A stretch of 64,000 bases of DNA from the NCBI GenBank assembly GCA_038087875.1, contig CM075981.1, forward strand, positions 47,368,001 through 47,432,000, written 5' to 3'. How positions within the stretch are numbered: position 1 is the stretch's first letter; every line of letters begins with the position of its first letter. Origin of the DNA: Malacoraja senta (Eukaryota). A program made the translations under genes and the position numbers. The notes beneath the pieces are model-generated. The model did not search any database and was not told the origin of the DNA. It was given only the letters and a program-made list of their open reading frames with translations. This document shows positions 61,422 through 64,000 of the stretch, one piece after another.

Positions 61422-62674
61422 GTATGTATTGTACTTTTATTTTTTTGGCTTTGTTGGCAAATAGAAAAGCAGTAATAGTGCTATTGCAGCATTCGTAGCA
61501 TGAACAGTTGGATTAATATCCTGAGGGATAACTAATAATTTCAATGTTTATTTTTAGTTAATTAGAATTTATACTAGTTGCTATTGATAAAGGAGATCAA
61601 TTTAATTCTGAACCAATTTTCTGTCTGTACTCTTGAAATAACATTTGTTTTAAGAAAACTTTTCCAAGGTGTTATGTCAATTCAATGTAACTTTGCACAA
61701 TTAATGAAGGGCAGGAAAAAAGTTCTCTTTAAATGCATAATTTCTTTCAGTATTAGCTTTGCACTCCAGTATTTCCTTGTGCCTAACTTTATTTGATTCT
61801 GGTCGAAAATATTGGGTTAATTGACAATTGCTTAAATTGCAACTTCAAATGAGAAATGGGTAATAAAATAGCCTCAAATTTGCTGAATGAATCTCAAAAC
61901 ACTATTTCTGCAATATTGCCAAGGAAACTTGGTGCATGCTAGTTTGTAAGCATTGTAATTATCTTGCTAAATGCTTTGCGAACAAAATGCATGAATGTGC
62001 TGCTTTTAATGTTTTATACTTTAAGATTTGTGGAAATGGTTTTAGTCTTCAGTCTAAACATTATTTTTCTGCAGTTTGGAAGAAGTTTATTTTAAAGTTT
62101 TGTTTAAAATAAACTTAAATGCTACTTGTCAACAGCCATAGTCCACTTTTTACAAGAAGGAAATTTCTCATCTTTCTCCTTTTTAAGGTGATTGAGGCTA
62201 CAATGATCCACTTCAAAAAAATAGATATAGATTCCTCATGTATATTTAAAATGAAAGTATAATATATTTTAATTCCATTTTAAACATGAAAGGAAAATAT
62301 TTGTCATCAACCTCTGGGTACATTTTTCATGATGAACTGCAACAATCACATGCCTTTAAAATTACATATTATACAAAAAAAAAGCCAAAAGCAGACATTT
62401 ATTGACATTGATCCCAAGGAAGTGAATTAGAAAAGGCAAATTAAAAGATTGATCAAAGAGAAAATGAATAATTTCTCTTTTTTTTTGAAGAGAAATTTAA
62501 TTATGAAATTCCATGGGATTGGATCTTGGCAAGCTATCGGTTTTAGCTTGAGGTTTAGAAAATCGTTCAAATAGTGGAAATCAATGTCCATGTGAGAAAA
62601 TATAGTGTGTGGAAGTTACAGTAAGGTCTAGGGCAAGGCTACATTGAATTATAATGACCAGTAAAATCAGCACA

Positions 62675-62995
62675 TTTAGATTTGGACTATTATTGTCACC
62701 TGTGCTGACCTACAGTGAAAATCTTTGTTTTGCGTGCTATCCAAATAGATCAGATTGTATGCATAAATACAATCAAGTCAAACTCGAGTTCATAAGTTAG
62801 AGCAATTGGGAAGATATAGACTATAGAATATATTTCTCAGCATTCTAGCGCATTAGTTCCATTGACTATATCCAATGTTCACAGTGGAGTAGTGTATCCG
62901 ACAGAACCCTGGGTTGTGGAATGAGTGTTCTGAACCCGATAACAGAGTAGAAGGAACTGTTCCTGAGTCTGATGGTGCATACCTTCAAGCAGTCT
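62675..62995 (-). mobile_element. Rex1-like LINE 3' end
   Basis: Minus strand T.RLRNS remnant and a typical tail. Confidence 0.5.
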
Positions 62996-63487
62996 TGTCT
63001 ACTCATGCCCCAATATTTGTAATGGGTGTGACAGAACAGCAATAAATGAGACTTGGAAAGCCATGGCATGTCTAGGTTTTATTCGAGTGAAATGGCTCTA
63101 TTTGCTGAAGAGAATTAGCTATTTTTTTAAGAAAGTACTTTTGAGTACAATATATTGACTTTTAGTTAATACACAACCGCAGGTGTCAAAAATCATTTTA
63201 TTTATTTGGCGACAGATCATGTATTGAGATATAATCATAAAAATAGTTTGTGAATCATTTTCTAACTTGTAATGTTATTGTTTATAATAAAACTGGTCTT
63301 GCCGAATCATTCCAGGACATAATCAGCACACCTAAGGAACTGACATTTACTGGAAAATCTGTAGGGAATATCTTGGGGGATATTGTTTTGGCAATAGTAG
63401 GTGGGATTAAAATATCACTGACTAAATTGTTTATGCTAACTTGCATCCAGTTCTCTTTGAAACATTAATTATATGATTAATTATATG

Positions 63488-63958
63488 ATTCCTGGGATGT
63501 CAGGACTTTCATATGAAGAAAGACTGGATAGACTCGGCTTATACTCGCTAGAATTTAAAAGATTGAGGGGGGATCTTATAGAAACTTACAAAATTCTTAA
63601 GGGGTTGGACAGGCTAGATGCAGGAAGATTGTTCCCGATGTTGGGGAAGTCCAGGACAAGGGGGCACAGTTTAAGGATTAAGGGGAAATCCTTTAGGACC
63701 GAGATGAGAAAAACATTTTTCACACAGAGAGTGGTGAATCTCTGGAACTCTCTGCCACAGAAGGTAGTTGAGGCCAGTTCATTGGCTATATTTAAGAGGG
63801 AGTTAGATGTGCCCCTTGTGGCTAAAGGGATCAGGGGGTATGGAGGGAAGGCAGGTACAGGATACTGAGTTGGATGATCAGCCATGATCATATTGAATGG
63901 TGGTGCAGGCTCAAAGGGCCGAATGGCCTACTCCTGCACCTATTTTCTATGTTTCTAT
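63488..63958 (+). mobile_element. Young CR1 3' portion
   Basis: Intact ORF end 63488-63868 (IPGMSGLSYEERL..GYGGKAGTGY) plus a (GTTTCTAT)n tail. Confidence 0.95.
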
Positions 63959-64000
63959 GATGCTAAAAGATGTAAAACTTACATGATCCATTCCAATCCA

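Overview
Eukaryotic, repeat-rich vertebrate DNA. The repeat mix (CR1 LINEs, V-SINEs, Rex1, L1/Tx1, Penelope) looks like a cartilaginous fish such as a skate or ray; this is inference. One host gene spans most of the window on the + strand: coding exons 1-13 of PDXDC1 (ATG at 9461, last visible exon 61371-61421). All have GT-AG introns and compatible phases, and the gene continues past the window end. Exon 6 is one base short, which gives a frameshift and a TGA at 32300. The introns and upstream region hold CR1, L1, Tx1, Rex1, RTE and Crack-like LINE remnants, V-SINEs, two Tc1 IR/DR copies, three Harbinger MITEs, a hAT-like element with a 6-bp TSD, one solitary Helitron and a head-to-tail Helitron array spanning a 200-N gap. 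The most notable signals are: (1) about 15 copies of a short Penelope-derived element carrying a minimal, dimer-type hammerhead ribozyme core, some inserted as foldbacks with 12-14 bp TSDs; (2) a 7xATG poly-Met uORF in front of PDXDC1, behind a 1.5-kb G-rich minisatellite; (3) the Helitron concatemer with clustered YY1-like motifs; (4) the 6-bp-TSD hAT-like element with an internal ~340-bp palindrome. All identifications come from reading motifs by eye and recalled family knowledge; no searches were run.
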